From assembly GCA_947588275.1 (NCBI GenBank), contig CANPYJ010000001.1:103026-167025 (forward strand): a stretch of DNA of 64,000 nucleotides, written 5' to 3'. The DNA is from an uncultured Alphaproteobacteria bacterium. Its GTDB lineage: Bacteria > Pseudomonadota > Alphaproteobacteria > RF32 > CAG-239. Position numbers and translations under genes: made by a program. The notes beneath the pieces were generated by a model. The model searched no databases, was not told the origin of the DNA, and saw nothing but the letters and a program-made list of their open reading frames with translations. Below, one piece after another: positions 20,025 through 29,691 of the stretch (positions are counted from its first letter, which is position 1; each line of letters starts with the position of its first letter).

Positions 20025-21839
20025 CTACATATCCAGCCGCATCGGCGGCAGAACCGCGTCATATTTGAGACGTTTTAGCATAATTAGGTTCTGAATATCA
20101 AGTCCCAATTTATTTTTAATGCCCAATTTTGAAATCATCGGAGCACGCTTAATCAAATCGTTGAGCTTATCTTGAAAACTGCGGGGTTTCGGATAAAAAT
20201 CCAAACCAAACGAATCTTCCGTCGTCAATCCGGCCATACTTTTCAGCTCGCCCAGTGCCGCTTCCAAACCGCCGATATTGTCAACCAAACCGGCCTCATA
20301 CGCCGCCGCACCGCTCAAAACGCGGCCGCGCGCAACTTTGTCGACTTGTTCCAAAGTCAGTTTGCGAGCTTGTGAAACTTTTAAAGTAAAGTCTGCATAA
20401 ATGGCATCCAGCGCTTTGTTAAAAAGCTCTTTTTGGAATTTTGTAAACGACCGATTCAGACTATCCATCGCCGCATTGGGAAAATCTGCAAAAACCTCCC
20501 ACTCCACTCCGAGCTTTTTCCATAGCTCTGCCAGTTCAAACTTGCCGCCGGCCACTCCGATTGAGGCAGTAACCGTCGTTGCGTCGGCAAAAATCTTATC
20601 TCCGGCCAAAGCCACTAAATATCCACCGGAAGCCGCATAATCTCCCATTGACACAATCAACGGAATCTTGCGTGCAGCCTTCAGTTTAAGCAGAGCGTTC
20701 CATATTTCGGCCGACGCCGTATAACTTCCGCCCGGCGAATTTATGCGCACCAACACGCCGCGCACATCTTTATCTTCCCGAATTTCATTCAGCATGGCAA
20801 GCACTTCTTCGGCCGATACCTCGGTGTCTCCAGAAACGACGCCCAAACCGGCGCTGCCGATTTCGCCTTCCAAAGTCAATACCGCAAATTTCGGAGTTCC
20901 GTCCTCAATATAAACCTGCGCTGCATAGTCAGCCAGAGTCACGGCTTTGGCTTTATGCCGGTTTTCAATCTCTTTGAGCCAATCGTTTTCATAGGACACT
21001 TGATCAATCAGGCCGAGTTTCAACCCTTCCTGTGCCGACAACGGCGCCAAAGCGACCAACTTTTTGTATTCTTCCGCTTTAACAGCCTTATGAAAACGGT
21101 CCCCAAAACTCTGAGCCAATACGGTCTGATTCAGATTTTGCACCAAGTTCATCATATTATTGCGCAGAGCGGCACCGGCCTTTTTGTCGGTAAAAGAAAC
21201 CATGGCGCTTTTATATTCGCGGCGGGCAAAAAACTCCGGTGTTATGCCGACCTTATCAAGCATGCCGCGCAAAAACGGCGTCTCTATGGCCAAACCGGTT
21301 ATGCCGATATCTGTTTTCGGAGCCATCGTAATCTCATCAAAAACCGTTGCCAGATAATATTCGGCCGTTCCGTTGCCCAGACTGCCGAACCCCGGCGCAT
21401 AAACATAAGCCGATTTGCCATTGGCACGCAGTTGCAAAACGGCCTGTCGCAATTCTTCGATCTGTGCCAAACCAAGTCCGGTCTGATTGACTTTGGCGGC
21501 AATCGCTTTAACTCTGTCATCAAAAGCCGCCGCCGACATAACCCAAAGCAAATCTTGAAATGACAGCGGATTTTCTGCGGTCACTTCGGTCAAAAGCGTG
21601 TCCACGCGGTTTTCGCCGTACGCCTCGTCAAAATTAAGAGCCAGCACCGCCTCATCCGGCACCTCGGCGGCTCCGCCCGGCAGCTGTATAAATCCCAAAA
21701 CCGCCGACAGCAGCAAGATAAACAGCAAACCGAAAAGTGCAAAAGCATAAACCGTGGATTTTATCAGAATTTTAGCTGCAATCCGCCGTCGCAGCAAAAA
21801 TCCCGCCATTTTTCTTACCGCTTTTTTTTCAGACATCAT
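20025..21839 (-). CDS. sppA: Signal peptide peptidase SppA (67K, two-domain type)
   Basis: Two ClpP/crotonase-like S49 domains. Start set at MMSEKK (21839) because a terminator hairpin occupies 21852-21880. Confidence 0.88.
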   Translation of the reverse strand: MMSEKKAVRKMAGFLLRRRIAAKILIKSTVYAFALFGLLFILLLSAVLGFIQLPGGAAEVPDEAVLALNFDEAYGENRVDTLLTEVTAENPLSFQDLLWVMSAAAFDDRVKAIAAKVNQTGLGLAQIEELRQAVLQLRANGKSAYVYAPGFGSLGNGTAEYYLATVFDEITMAPKTDIGITGLAIETPFLRGMLDKVGITPEFFARREYKSAMVSFTDKKAGAALRNNMMNLVQNLNQTVLAQSFGDRFHKAVKAEEYKKLVALAPLSAQEGLKLGLIDQVSYENDWLKEIENRHKAKAVTLADYAAQVYIEDGTPKFAVLTLEGEIGSAGLGVVSGDTEVSAEEVLAMLNEIREDKDVRGVLVRINSPGGSYTASAEIWNALLKLKAARKIPLIVSMGDYAASGGYLVALAGDKIFADATTVTASIGVAGGKFELAELWKKLGVEWEVFADFPNAAMDSLNRSFTKFQKELFNKALDAIYADFTLKVSQARKLTLEQVDKVARGRVLSGAAAYEAGLVDNIGGLEAALGELKSMAGLTTEDSFGLDFYPKPRSFQDKLNDLIKRAPMISKLGIKNKLGLDIQNLIMLKRLKYDAVLPPMRLDM

Positions 21840-21851
21840 TTTTTCCACAAA

Positions 21852-21880
21852 ATAAAGGTCGTTGTTCAAACGACCTTTAT
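21852..21880 (-). terminator. Terminator after fabI
   Basis: Minus strand reads ataAAGGTCGtttgaacaaCGACCTTtatttt. Confidence 0.7.
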
Positions 21881-21934
21881 TCTATAAAGTTTTGCCGTGT
21901 TCCACAACAGCAAAATCCGAGTTTTGAAGAGTTT

Positions 21935-22765
21935 TTATGCTTCCTGCAAAACCTGCGCAATCTCCGCGGTTTTATGAATGTTCATCATTCCCACGGTATG
22001 ATAGCCGCAGTCGACATGCACAACCTCGCCGCTGATGCCGGTGCCGCAGGCCGAAAGCAGGCCAAGCGCGGCCATACCGACTTCTTCCTGCGTCACATTG
22101 CGTTGCAGCGGCGCGTTGAGTTCATTCCAATGCAAAATTTTGCGAAAATCGCCGATTCCGGCGGCCGCCAAAGTCTTAATCGGACCGGCCGAAATAGCAT
22201 TGACGCGCACGCCCTGCTGTCCCATATCGGCGGCCGCATAACGCACGGCGGCTTCCAAAGCGGCTTTGGCCACGCCCATGATATTATAGTTGGGCAAAAC
22301 GCGTTCGCTTCCCATGTAAGTCAGAGTCACGATTGAACCGCCCGCATTCATAATCGGCGAAGCATATTTGCAGGCTTCCAAAAACGAAAAACATGAAATT
22401 TCCATTGTCATCGCAAAATTGTCGCGCGTGGTGTCAATTGTGCGTCCTTTAAGCTGGTTTTTGTCTGAAAAGGCAATCGCATGAACCAAGAAGTCAATTT
22501 TTCCCCATTTCTCGCCCAATTCCTTAAAACAGGATTCAACGCTGGCGCTGTCCGATACATCGCATTTAATCAACAGCGGTTCCTTGTCAAGCTGTGCGGC
22601 CAGCGGCTGCACGCGCTTTTCCAAAGCTTCGTTTTGGTAAGAGATTGCCAGCTGAGCGCCATGAACATTCAAAGCCTGCGCAATTCCCCAGGCAATGGAC
22701 TTTTCATTAGCGAGACCCATAATCAGGCCTTTTTTTCCAGCCATAAGAGCTGTCGTATTAGTCAT
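21935..22765 (-). CDS. fabI: Enoyl-ACP reductase FabI
   Basis: SDR fold, GKKGLIMGLANEKSIAWGIA. Start at MTNTT (22765) has an AAGGA RBS. Confidence 0.93.
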   Translation of the reverse strand: MTNTTALMAGKKGLIMGLANEKSIAWGIAQALNVHGAQLAISYQNEALEKRVQPLAAQLDKEPLLIKCDVSDSASVESCFKELGEKWGKIDFLVHAIAFSDKNQLKGRTIDTTRDNFAMTMEISCFSFLEACKYASPIMNAGGSIVTLTYMGSERVLPNYNIMGVAKAALEAAVRYAAADMGQQGVRVNAISAGPIKTLAAAGIGDFRKILHWNELNAPLQRNVTQEEVGMAALGLLSACGTGISGEVVHVDCGYHTVGMMNIHKTAEIAQVLQEA

Positions 22766-22862
22766 CTTAGTGTCCTTATCTTCATTACACACAATTAACA
22801 ATTCAATTAAATCGCTTGAATTATCAGCTAGAGTTCTATAAAATTTAAGTCGTTTTGTAAAT

Positions 22863-23837
22863 ATGTTTTTTTACAGGTGTCTGATGATTCTGCATAATTT
22901 CTTTGTCAAAACGTTAAAACCCAAGCTTTTAACCGGCAAAAATTTCTTGATATTTTTATCCCGGCGCGCCCAAAGCGACACTATTTTGCGCGTGGCCGCT
23001 TCGTTGAGCTACACATCGTTGATTGCGCTGGTGCCGCTGTTGGCCATCGGATTAGCGGTGTTCTCCGCGTTTCCGGCTTTTTCAAACATGCGCGAGCAGT
23101 TGCAAACTCTGATTTTGCAAAACGTTATGCCCAATATCGGACAGGAAATCAACGTTTATTTCAACAGCTTTGTTTCCGCCACCGCCAAATTGACGGCCGT
23201 CGGCATTGCCGGCATCGTGGTCACGGCCATTTTGCTGCTTTCGACCATTGAAAACAGCCTGAACTTTATTTTCAAAGTTTACAAGCCCCGCAGCATTAAA
23301 ACCAAAATTACCTTATATTGGACGGTTATAACCTTGGGCCCCTTGCTGTTTGGCACCGGTTTTTCGTTGCGCGGCTACATATTTGCCCTGCAAAAATTTA
23401 TGCCCGAGACGCTGGTAAGCTCGCAAATGTTTTTCAGCACCGTCATTCCCAGCATCTTTACCATTTTGTCGCTGGTCTTGCTGTATGTCATGGTTCCCAA
23501 CAAAAAAGTCGGCATCGGACACGCGTTCGTCGGCGCCATTTTGGCCACCGCCTTATTTTATATTTTACGCCAAGCCTTTGCCGCCTTTCTCATTTCCACC
23601 AACACCTACAACGTGCTTTACGGGGCTTTGGCCATTGTCCCGATTATGTTGGTTTGGCTTTATCTTAACTGGGTCGTTGTGATTTTTGGCGCGGCCCTCA
23701 CGGCAGCATTGGATGAATTTTTTGAAACAACGCCCGTCAAACAGCGCGAACTTAAGGTTTTTGATTATCAGACACCGCACCGAAACAAAAAAAATAAACA
23801 TTTTTCAAAAAAGTTCTTGCCAAAAGAACAAAAATAG
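22863..23837 (+). CDS. YihY/BrkB-family membrane protein
   Basis: 324 aa, multi-TM; RVAASLSYTSLIALVPLLAI typical of YihY/RNase BN-annotated family. Confidence 0.8.
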   Translation: MFFYRCLMILHNFFVKTLKPKLLTGKNFLIFLSRRAQSDTILRVAASLSYTSLIALVPLLAIGLAVFSAFPAFSNMREQLQTLILQNVMPNIGQEINVYFNSFVSATAKLTAVGIAGIVVTAILLLSTIENSLNFIFKVYKPRSIKTKITLYWTVITLGPLLFGTGFSLRGYIFALQKFMPETLVSSQMFFSTVIPSIFTILSLVLLYVMVPNKKVGIGHAFVGAILATALFYILRQAFAAFLISTNTYNVLYGALAIVPIMLVWLYLNWVVVIFGAALTAALDEFFETTPVKQRELKVFDYQTPHRNKKNKHFSKKFLPKEQK

Positions 23838-23840
23838 AAC
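23826..23840 (+). promoter_or_regulatory. Alphaproteobacterial-type LexA (SOS) box GAAC-N7-GAAC upstream of recA
   Basis: GAACaaaaataGAAC, 48 nt upstream of the recA ATG. Confidence 0.6.
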
Positions 23841-23887
23841 ATATTATTTACAGAAACAGATTCGCAACTATATAAGGACACAAGCCT

Positions 23888-24919
23888 ATGGATAAAAACA
23901 AAGCACTGGACGCTGCCTTAAGCCAGATAGAAAAGGCCTTCGGCAAAGGCTCCATTATGAGACTCGGACAAGACAATGCCCATGTCGACATTGAAGGCAT
24001 CTCCACCGGCTCGCTCGGACTGGATATGGCTTTGGGCATCGGCGGTTTACCGCGCGGCCGCATTGTCGAGATATATGGTCCCGAGAGCTCCGGCAAAACC
24101 ACGTTGGCTCTGAGCGTTATTGCCCAAGCTCAAAAAAACGGCGGCACCTGCGCTTTTATTGACGCGGAACACGCACTTGATCCGTCTTATGCCAAAAAAA
24201 TCGGCGTTGATATCGAAAATCTGCTGATTTCACAACCCGATGCCGGCGAACAGGCGCTTGAAATCGCCGACACTTTGGTGCGTTCCGGCGCGATTGACGT
24301 ATTGGTCGTCGATTCGGTGGCCGCGCTCGTCCCCAAAGCCGAACTTGAAGGCGAAATGGGCGATTCACACATGGGATTGCAGGCCCGGTTGATGAGTCAG
24401 GCGCTGCGCAAACTTACCTCAACGATTGCTCGCTCCAACACGCTGGTCATTTTTATCAACCAAATCCGTATGAAAATCGGCGTTATGTTCGGCAATCCGG
24501 AGACCACCACCGGTGGCAACGCGCTCAAGTTTTATGCCTCGGTGCGCATTGACATCCGCAGCATCGGCAAAATCAAAGACAAAGAAGATGTCATCGGCAG
24601 CCAAACCCGCGTGAAGATTGTCAAAAACAAAGTTGCCCCTCCGTTTAAGGTGATTGACTTTGACATTATGTACGGCGAAGGCATCTCCAAAACCGGAGAA
24701 ATCATTGACCTCGGCGTCAAAGCCAACATCATTGAAAAATCCGGCGCATGGTTTGCTTACAACGGTGACAAGCTCGGCCAAGGCCGCGAAAATGCCAAAT
24801 TGTTCCTCAAAGAGAATCCCGAACTCGCCCTTGAGATTGAAAACAAAATCAAGGCCGATGCCGGACATTTGGCCAGCGAATTAATTGGCGACAACGAACC
24901 CGCGGCAAATGACGAATAA
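23888..24919 (+). CDS. recA: Recombinase RecA
   Basis: 343 aa; Walker [10 protein letters not shown]; canonical RecA sequence throughout. Confidence 0.98.
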   Translation: MDKNKALDAALSQIEKAFGKGSIMRLGQDNAHVDIEGISTGSLGLDMALGIGGLPRGRIVEIYGPESSGKTTLALSVIAQAQKNGGTCAFIDAEHALDPSYAKKIGVDIENLLISQPDAGEQALEIADTLVRSGAIDVLVVDSVAALVPKAELEGEMGDSHMGLQARLMSQALRKLTSTIARSNTLVIFINQIRMKIGVMFGNPETTTGGNALKFYASVRIDIRSIGKIKDKEDVIGSQTRVKIVKNKVAPPFKVIDFDIMYGEGISKTGEIIDLGVKANIIEKSGAWFAYNGDKLGQGRENAKLFLKENPELALEIENKIKADAGHLASELIGDNEPAANDE

Positions 24920-24943
24920 TGACGGGTAACTTTCACTAACCCC

Positions 24944-24988
24944 AAAACTCGAACTCTCCCGCAATCGTCGCGGGAGAGTTCGAGTTTT
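24944..24988 (+). terminator. recA terminator (19-bp stem)
   Basis: AAAACTCGAACTCTCCCGCaatcgtcGCGGGAGAGTTCGAGTTTT. Confidence 0.85.
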
Positions 24989-25468
24989 GACCCAAATTAA
25001 ATTATTAGAAACTATTCCCACTCCACCGGTTCGATTTTGAACTTTTTGCCGGCCGCCAACCAATCGGCGCAAATTGCCAACTCCTTGATGTGTCATCCAA
25101 GGTTGGACTTCTCAACCGCAAACAATGGTCTGACCGGCGAAATTGACAATGCTGATATTTTGTTCAAATAACGCTTGATTAAACTGCTCGGCTATTTCTC
25201 GTCTGGTATCGAACCAAAGTTTTTGTCCTGTCAGACATGTCACGACTCCTGCATTTTGTTAAAACTAAACCGTCTTTGAAAAACAAAGGCGGAAAGCCAA
25301 AAAACTGCGCAAAAACAGTCGCGCCTGCTCGTCCGCACCACTTGCTATCAGCCCTGCTTACTAAAAAACGCCGACTGCTGTTACAAAGACACTTATTCGT
25401 CCACAACACGGCTTGCGACCTGATTTTTAAGATAGACAAAAATTAAGATTATAAACGGCAATTTAATA

Positions 25469-25497
25469 TTGAAAACTTAGAAAAATTATATTATAAA
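25469..25497 (+). promoter_or_regulatory. Sigma70-like promoter for the 25.5-28.6 kb cluster
   Basis: TTGAAA-17 nt-TATAAA, about 45 nt upstream of the ATG at 25543. Confidence 0.4.
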
Positions 25498-25542
25498 AGC
25501 TCATTCAATTAACAAATCTTTATATTTAAATGAGCGCTTAAC

Positions 25543-27075
25543 ATGATGCAACACAATCCTCATATTGATTATATAATTGTTCAGGCCGGCGGAAAAGGCA
25601 CCCGATTGGAGACTCTGACAACCAACAAACCTAAAGCTTTGGTTCCTGTTGACAATCTGCCCATGATATTTCATTTGTTCAAAAAGTATCCTCAGGCACA
25701 TTTTAAAATTATCGCCGACTATCAGAAAGAAACCTTTAAAAGATATTTAGATACTTATGCCAAGGTTGATTTTGAAGTCATCTATGCCCAAAAGAAAGGC
25801 ACTTGTTCCGGCATATCCGAATGTTTAGACAAATTGCCGGCCGATGCGTCCTTTATGCTTATATGGTGCGACCTCATACTTTCAGATATTGTCGGTATCC
25901 CACAGACAATCAATACAAACTATGTGGGCATTTCCAACGATTTTCCCTGCCGATGGTCATACAAAAACAACAAGTTTATTGAAGAATCGTCTTCAGAAGA
26001 TGGTGTTGCTGGCATGTTTTTATTCAAAAACAAAAAAGAAATCGCCGATGTTCCGCAAGAAGGCGAATTTGTGCGTTATCTCTCGACCAAAAATCTGGCG
26101 TTTGAAAGACTGAACATGTTTGGCGGTTTGGAAATCGGCACAATGTTGTCATATTTTCAAAACGAGCTGAACAAACCCAAATGCCGACCGTTTAACAAAA
26201 TGGAATTTAAAGGAGACATTGTCCTCAAATATCCTTTAAATGAACAAGGTTTCAAGTTGGCTGCAGATGAAATTGCCTGGTACAAAAAAGCGATAGAACT
26301 CGGATATCACAACATTCCCAAAATTTACGGCTACGATCCTTTGGTTATGGAAAAAGTAAAAGGCCAAAACGTTTTTGAATACGCTTTTTTGACCAAAGGC
26401 TTCAAAAAAGCTCTGCTTGCCAAAATCATAACCGCGCTGAAAGAGCTTCATAACATAACTCCTCCTATTCCGGCAAACCCGAGTGATTGCGAAAACAACT
26501 ACATAACCAAGACTTTTGACCGACTGAAAACGGTTGAAGACTTAGTGCCGTTTGCCAAAGACAATTTTGTTGTCATCAACGGCAAAAAATGTGCCAATAT
26601 ATTTGCCGTTAAAGACCGGATTATCTCCCAAATTCAATCCATGTATCCTCAGGAATTTCATTTTATTCACGGTGACTGCACATTTCATAACATGATGATT
26701 GAAACCGACGGCGTCCGCCCGATTTTGATAGATCCGAGAGGATACTTCGGCAAAACCAAATTTTATGGAGACATTGATTACGATTGGGCAAAATTATATT
26801 ACAGCGTCATCGGCGACTATGACCAATTTAATCGCAAAAACTTTTCTTTGGAAATCAAAAACAGCAGTGTGGATTTGGAAATCGTCTCAAATAACTGGAA
26901 GGATTTGAAAACCGAATTTTTCGAATTTACAGGAGCCGATCCCCGAAAAATCAAATTGCTTCATGCTCTCATTTGGCTTAGTCTGACCACTTATGCATGG
27001 GAAGACTATGATGCGATTTGCGGCGCTTTTTATAAGGGATTGTGGGAACTGCAGGAGTATCTGGATGACAACTAG
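25543..27075 (+). CDS. Bifunctional nucleotidyltransferase (N-terminal) / APH-choline-kinase-fold kinase (C-terminal), LicC-LicA-like fusion
   Basis: N-terminal IIVQAGGKGTRLETLTTNKPKALVPV (NTP-transferase G-rich loop). C-terminal FIHGDCTFHNMMIE...ILIDPRG (kinase catalytic loop HxDxxxxN plus a downstream Asp). Confidence 0.75.
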   Translation: MMQHNPHIDYIIVQAGGKGTRLETLTTNKPKALVPVDNLPMIFHLFKKYPQAHFKIIADYQKETFKRYLDTYAKVDFEVIYAQKKGTCSGISECLDKLPADASFMLIWCDLILSDIVGIPQTINTNYVGISNDFPCRWSYKNNKFIEESSSEDGVAGMFLFKNKKEIADVPQEGEFVRYLSTKNLAFERLNMFGGLEIGTMLSYFQNELNKPKCRPFNKMEFKGDIVLKYPLNEQGFKLAADEIAWYKKAIELGYHNIPKIYGYDPLVMEKVKGQNVFEYAFLTKGFKKALLAKIITALKELHNITPPIPANPSDCENNYITKTFDRLKTVEDLVPFAKDNFVVINGKKCANIFAVKDRIISQIQSMYPQEFHFIHGDCTFHNMMIETDGVRPILIDPRGYFGKTKFYGDIDYDWAKLYYSVIGDYDQFNRKNFSLEIKNSSVDLEIVSNNWKDLKTEFFEFTGADPRKIKLLHALIWLSLTTYAWEDYDAICGAFYKGLWELQEYLDDN

Positions 27076-27445
27076 TTTTCTGGCCTTATCAAAACTGCCA
27101 CACACTTGGATTTTAGACGTAGACGGCACAATCGTTAAACATAACGGATATAAAATCGACGGATATGACACCCTGCTCCCCGATGTAAAAAGTTTTTTCG
27201 CCCAAATCCCCGATACCGACATGATTATTTTACTGACCAGCCGCACCGAAGATTATCGTCTCTCTTTGGAGAAATTTCTCAAAAACAACGGCCTGCGCTA
27301 TGATATTCTTATCTGCGGCGCCCCGATGGGCGAACGAATACTCATCAACGACACCAAACCCAGAGGTTTGACCACGGCATACGCCGTCAGCAAGTCGCGG
27401 GACAGTCGTTTCGACATTAAATTCATTTTACGCGAAGATTTATAA
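27065..27445 (+). CDS. Minimal HAD-superfamily phosphatase
   Basis: ATG at 27065 overlaps the upstream stop by 11 nt. WILDVDGTIV (DxDxT), LLTSRTE (motif II), INDTKP (motif IV-like). Confidence 0.65.
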   Translation: MTTSFLALSKLPHTWILDVDGTIVKHNGYKIDGYDTLLPDVKSFFAQIPDTDMIILLTSRTEDYRLSLEKFLKNNGLRYDILICGAPMGERILINDTKPRGLTTAYAVSKSRDSRFDIKFILREDL

Positions 27446-27463
27446 CCACTCAGGAGGCATTAA

Positions 27464-28630
27464 ATGAAAGAATATCTTAAACTGAAAAAGGCCAGACGTT
27501 TCAAATATCTTTTGAAAAACATCAGTGGTTTGCCCGATGAACTGAAAAAACTCTGCAAACCTAATTCGTACAATATGCTTTTATACATGCATCTTGGCGA
27601 CGACTTCTTTAGAAGTTATGTATACCATGATTTTATAAACGCATATCAAAAAAAGCTACACCTGATTATTCAGCCTAACGAAGTCTGTCTTATGGATTTA
27701 TGGGGCATAAAAGATTATTCGATATTTGACATTGATGCCTACCTGAAAAAACATCTCGAAACCCCTACTGCTGACCGTGTTATTTATGAATACACCAAAC
27801 AATATTTGATTACGCACACTCTCCCCTCAATACCTCAAATCAGCTCTCCTTTCAGCTGCGATGAAAATATTTTAATGCAAAAATGGCTAAAGAAGTTCGG
27901 AACCATAGAATCTGCCATAGACCACGTCTATGCGTATTTGGGCATTATGAAAAAAAAGAAAATTAGTGCAAAAGAAATCAAATACCCTCGTTTGTCGGTA
28001 GAATTAAAGAAAAAACTGGATAACATCGCGCCGCTTGACAAAATTATTCTTGTAGCGCCGGAAGCACGCTCGGACGATTTGCTGCATCCCAGCCTTTGGC
28101 ATGAAATAACCGATAAGTTCCACGAATTGGGATATACAATCATCGAAAATATCGTAAATAAAGAAAACCATATTCCGGGATCCATTAACCTGCATCTGAA
28201 TACAGATGAATTGTTACAATTGTGCTCAAACTGTAAAGCCGTTTTTTCCATAAGGAGCGGACTATGCGATATTATGGCCGGAATTGGCGACAAACTTCAC
28301 ATATTATACAGTTCTGAACGTTTTAGAGAACTTGGTTCAAAAAACTTTTACATTCATTTTGACTTTACCAATCAATCTCAGCCTCACGAATATGTTCTAT
28401 CCAAAAAATCCTCGCCCTTGATTATGTTTGACGGTGTTAATTTACTTAAAGACATAAATCCGCTATGGCTTCCCAAACAATTTAAACCATCGGTAAGTTT
28501 TTTAGAACAGATTTTATCCATCAAAAATGAACGTAAACACAAGGTAATCAGACTACTGGGTATCAAAATCAAATTCAAAAGAGGCAAATACCAGAAGGCC
28601 GCCAAGACGTCATCCAAAATTGATAAATGA
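27464..28630 (+). CDS. Hypothetical protein, possible GT-B (GT9-like) transferase
   Basis: 388 aa, RBS AGGAGG. C-terminal half ILVAPEARSDD...GYTIIENI...ELLQLCSNCKAVFSIRSGLCDIMAGIG resembles the donor-binding half of heptosyltransferase-like GT-B enzymes. Assignment is tentative. Confidence 0.35.
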   Translation: MKEYLKLKKARRFKYLLKNISGLPDELKKLCKPNSYNMLLYMHLGDDFFRSYVYHDFINAYQKKLHLIIQPNEVCLMDLWGIKDYSIFDIDAYLKKHLETPTADRVIYEYTKQYLITHTLPSIPQISSPFSCDENILMQKWLKKFGTIESAIDHVYAYLGIMKKKKISAKEIKYPRLSVELKKKLDNIAPLDKIILVAPEARSDDLLHPSLWHEITDKFHELGYTIIENIVNKENHIPGSINLHLNTDELLQLCSNCKAVFSIRSGLCDIMAGIGDKLHILYSSERFRELGSKNFYIHFDFTNQSQPHEYVLSKKSSPLIMFDGVNLLKDINPLWLPKQFKPSVSFLEQILSIKNERKHKVIRLLGIKIKFKRGKYQKAAKTSSKIDK

Positions 28631-28723
28631 GTAATCAATATAATTTGACGATTGCCGACAAACGATCCCCTCGCTGCCGGCAGGATTGGCGGCGAAAACA
28701 CGCCTCAACCTCGCATCTCCGAC

Positions 28724-28755
28724 AAAAAATCCCCACTTAAAAGCGGGGATTTTTA
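28724..28755. terminator. Bidirectional terminator between cluster end and tRNA-Val 3' end
   Basis: aaaaaaTCCCCacttaaaagcGGGGAttttt. Confidence 0.7.
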
Positions 28756-28756
28756 T

Positions 28757-28832
28757 TGGTGGGCACTGAGAGACTCGAACTCCCGACCCTCTCGGTGTAA
28801 ACGAGATGCTCTTCCAGCTGAGCTAAGCGCCC
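28757..28832 (-). tRNA. tRNA-Val (anticodon UAC)
   Basis: Reverse complement reads GGGCGCTTAGCTCAGCTGGAAGAGCATCTCGTTTACACCGAGAGGGTCGGGAGTTCGAGTCTCTCAGTGCCCACCA. Anticodon loop TTTACAC. Confidence 0.95.
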
Positions 28833-28935
28833 ATCTTACGTACGTTTGAACTTATACACTTGCAAAAAAAATTAATCAAGCAAAAAATAACACTTGCCTA
28901 ATTTTTTAGCGCTTTTGTCGGTCTTTTAATCCGCC

Positions 28936-28968
28936 AAAAAAAACGGAGCGTCAGCCGACGCCCCGTTT
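28936..28968 (-). terminator. hupB terminator
   Basis: Minus strand reads ACGGGGCGTCggcTGACGCTCCGTtttttttt. Confidence 0.85.
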
Positions 28969-29004
28969 TAAAGTTTGCTAACTGGTATGGTTAACCAATA
29001 CCCA

Positions 29005-29292
29005 TTAGTTCACAGAATCCTGCAAAGCTTTTCCAGCTTTGAATTTGGCCTGTTTACGAGCCGGGATTTTGATAGCAGCGCCGGTGCGCGGATTGCGGCC
29101 GGTTGTAGCAGCGCGGCGGGTAACGGCAAAAGTACCAAAACCAACCAAGCGAACTTCATCACCCTTCTTCAGAGCTTTAGTGATCGAAGCAACAACAGCA
29201 TCCAGAGCCTTGGCAGAATCAGTCTTGGTCAGGCCGGTTTCATTAGCAACGCTAGAAATCAATTCATTTTTGTTCACGGTGAGGTCTCCCAC
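29005..29292 (-). CDS. hupB: DNA-binding protein HU
   Basis: 95 aa; MGDLTVNKNELISSVANETGLTKTDSAKALDAV...RNPRTGAAIKIPARKQAKFKAGKAL. Confidence 0.96.
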   Translation of the reverse strand: MGDLTVNKNELISSVANETGLTKTDSAKALDAVVASITKALKKGDEVRLVGFGTFAVTRRAATTGRNPRTGAAIKIPARKQAKFKAGKALQDSVN

Positions 29293-29640
29293 TTATAAGT
29301 TATAAACCAATGCAATCAAGGTTTTCCCTTGCTTACAAGAAAATTTGAACACTAAAAAAATACTCTGTCAAATAAAAATCGCTAATCTATCAACATTTTT
29401 TGCGTTTTTTAAAGAAAACCGCCACAAAACCGCCGTTTTGACTTATTTTTTTGCCTGCCCTGCCCGCAAAATTCCGCCCGCTTACCGCCTGCATCACGGA
29501 GTCGCCGGATTCTCTTTCAGGCAATAAAAACCAAAAATCAAATTCTCCGTTTCTTATAAATGCAAACAACAACCGTTTACCGTCTTTCTCTTCAGCATTG
29601 CGGCTGCCGCAGGCGGCATGCGAACTCCCGATAAGATGAG

Positions 29641-29674
29641 ACAAAACAAATGCCGCAGAAATTGCTTCTGCGGC
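29641..29674 (-). terminator. lon terminator
   Basis: Minus strand reads GCCGCAGAAgcaatTTCTGCGGCatttgttttgt. Confidence 0.75.
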
Positions 29675-29691
29675 GAAGAGTTGACTTTTGC

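Noticed and set aside
29293-29640. Track ORFs (29390..29704 -, 29345..29527 +, 29451..29639 +) in the lon-hupB intergenic region
   Set aside because: They overlap one another with no RBS or motifs. The region is better explained as the lon terminator plus the hupB promoter/leader.
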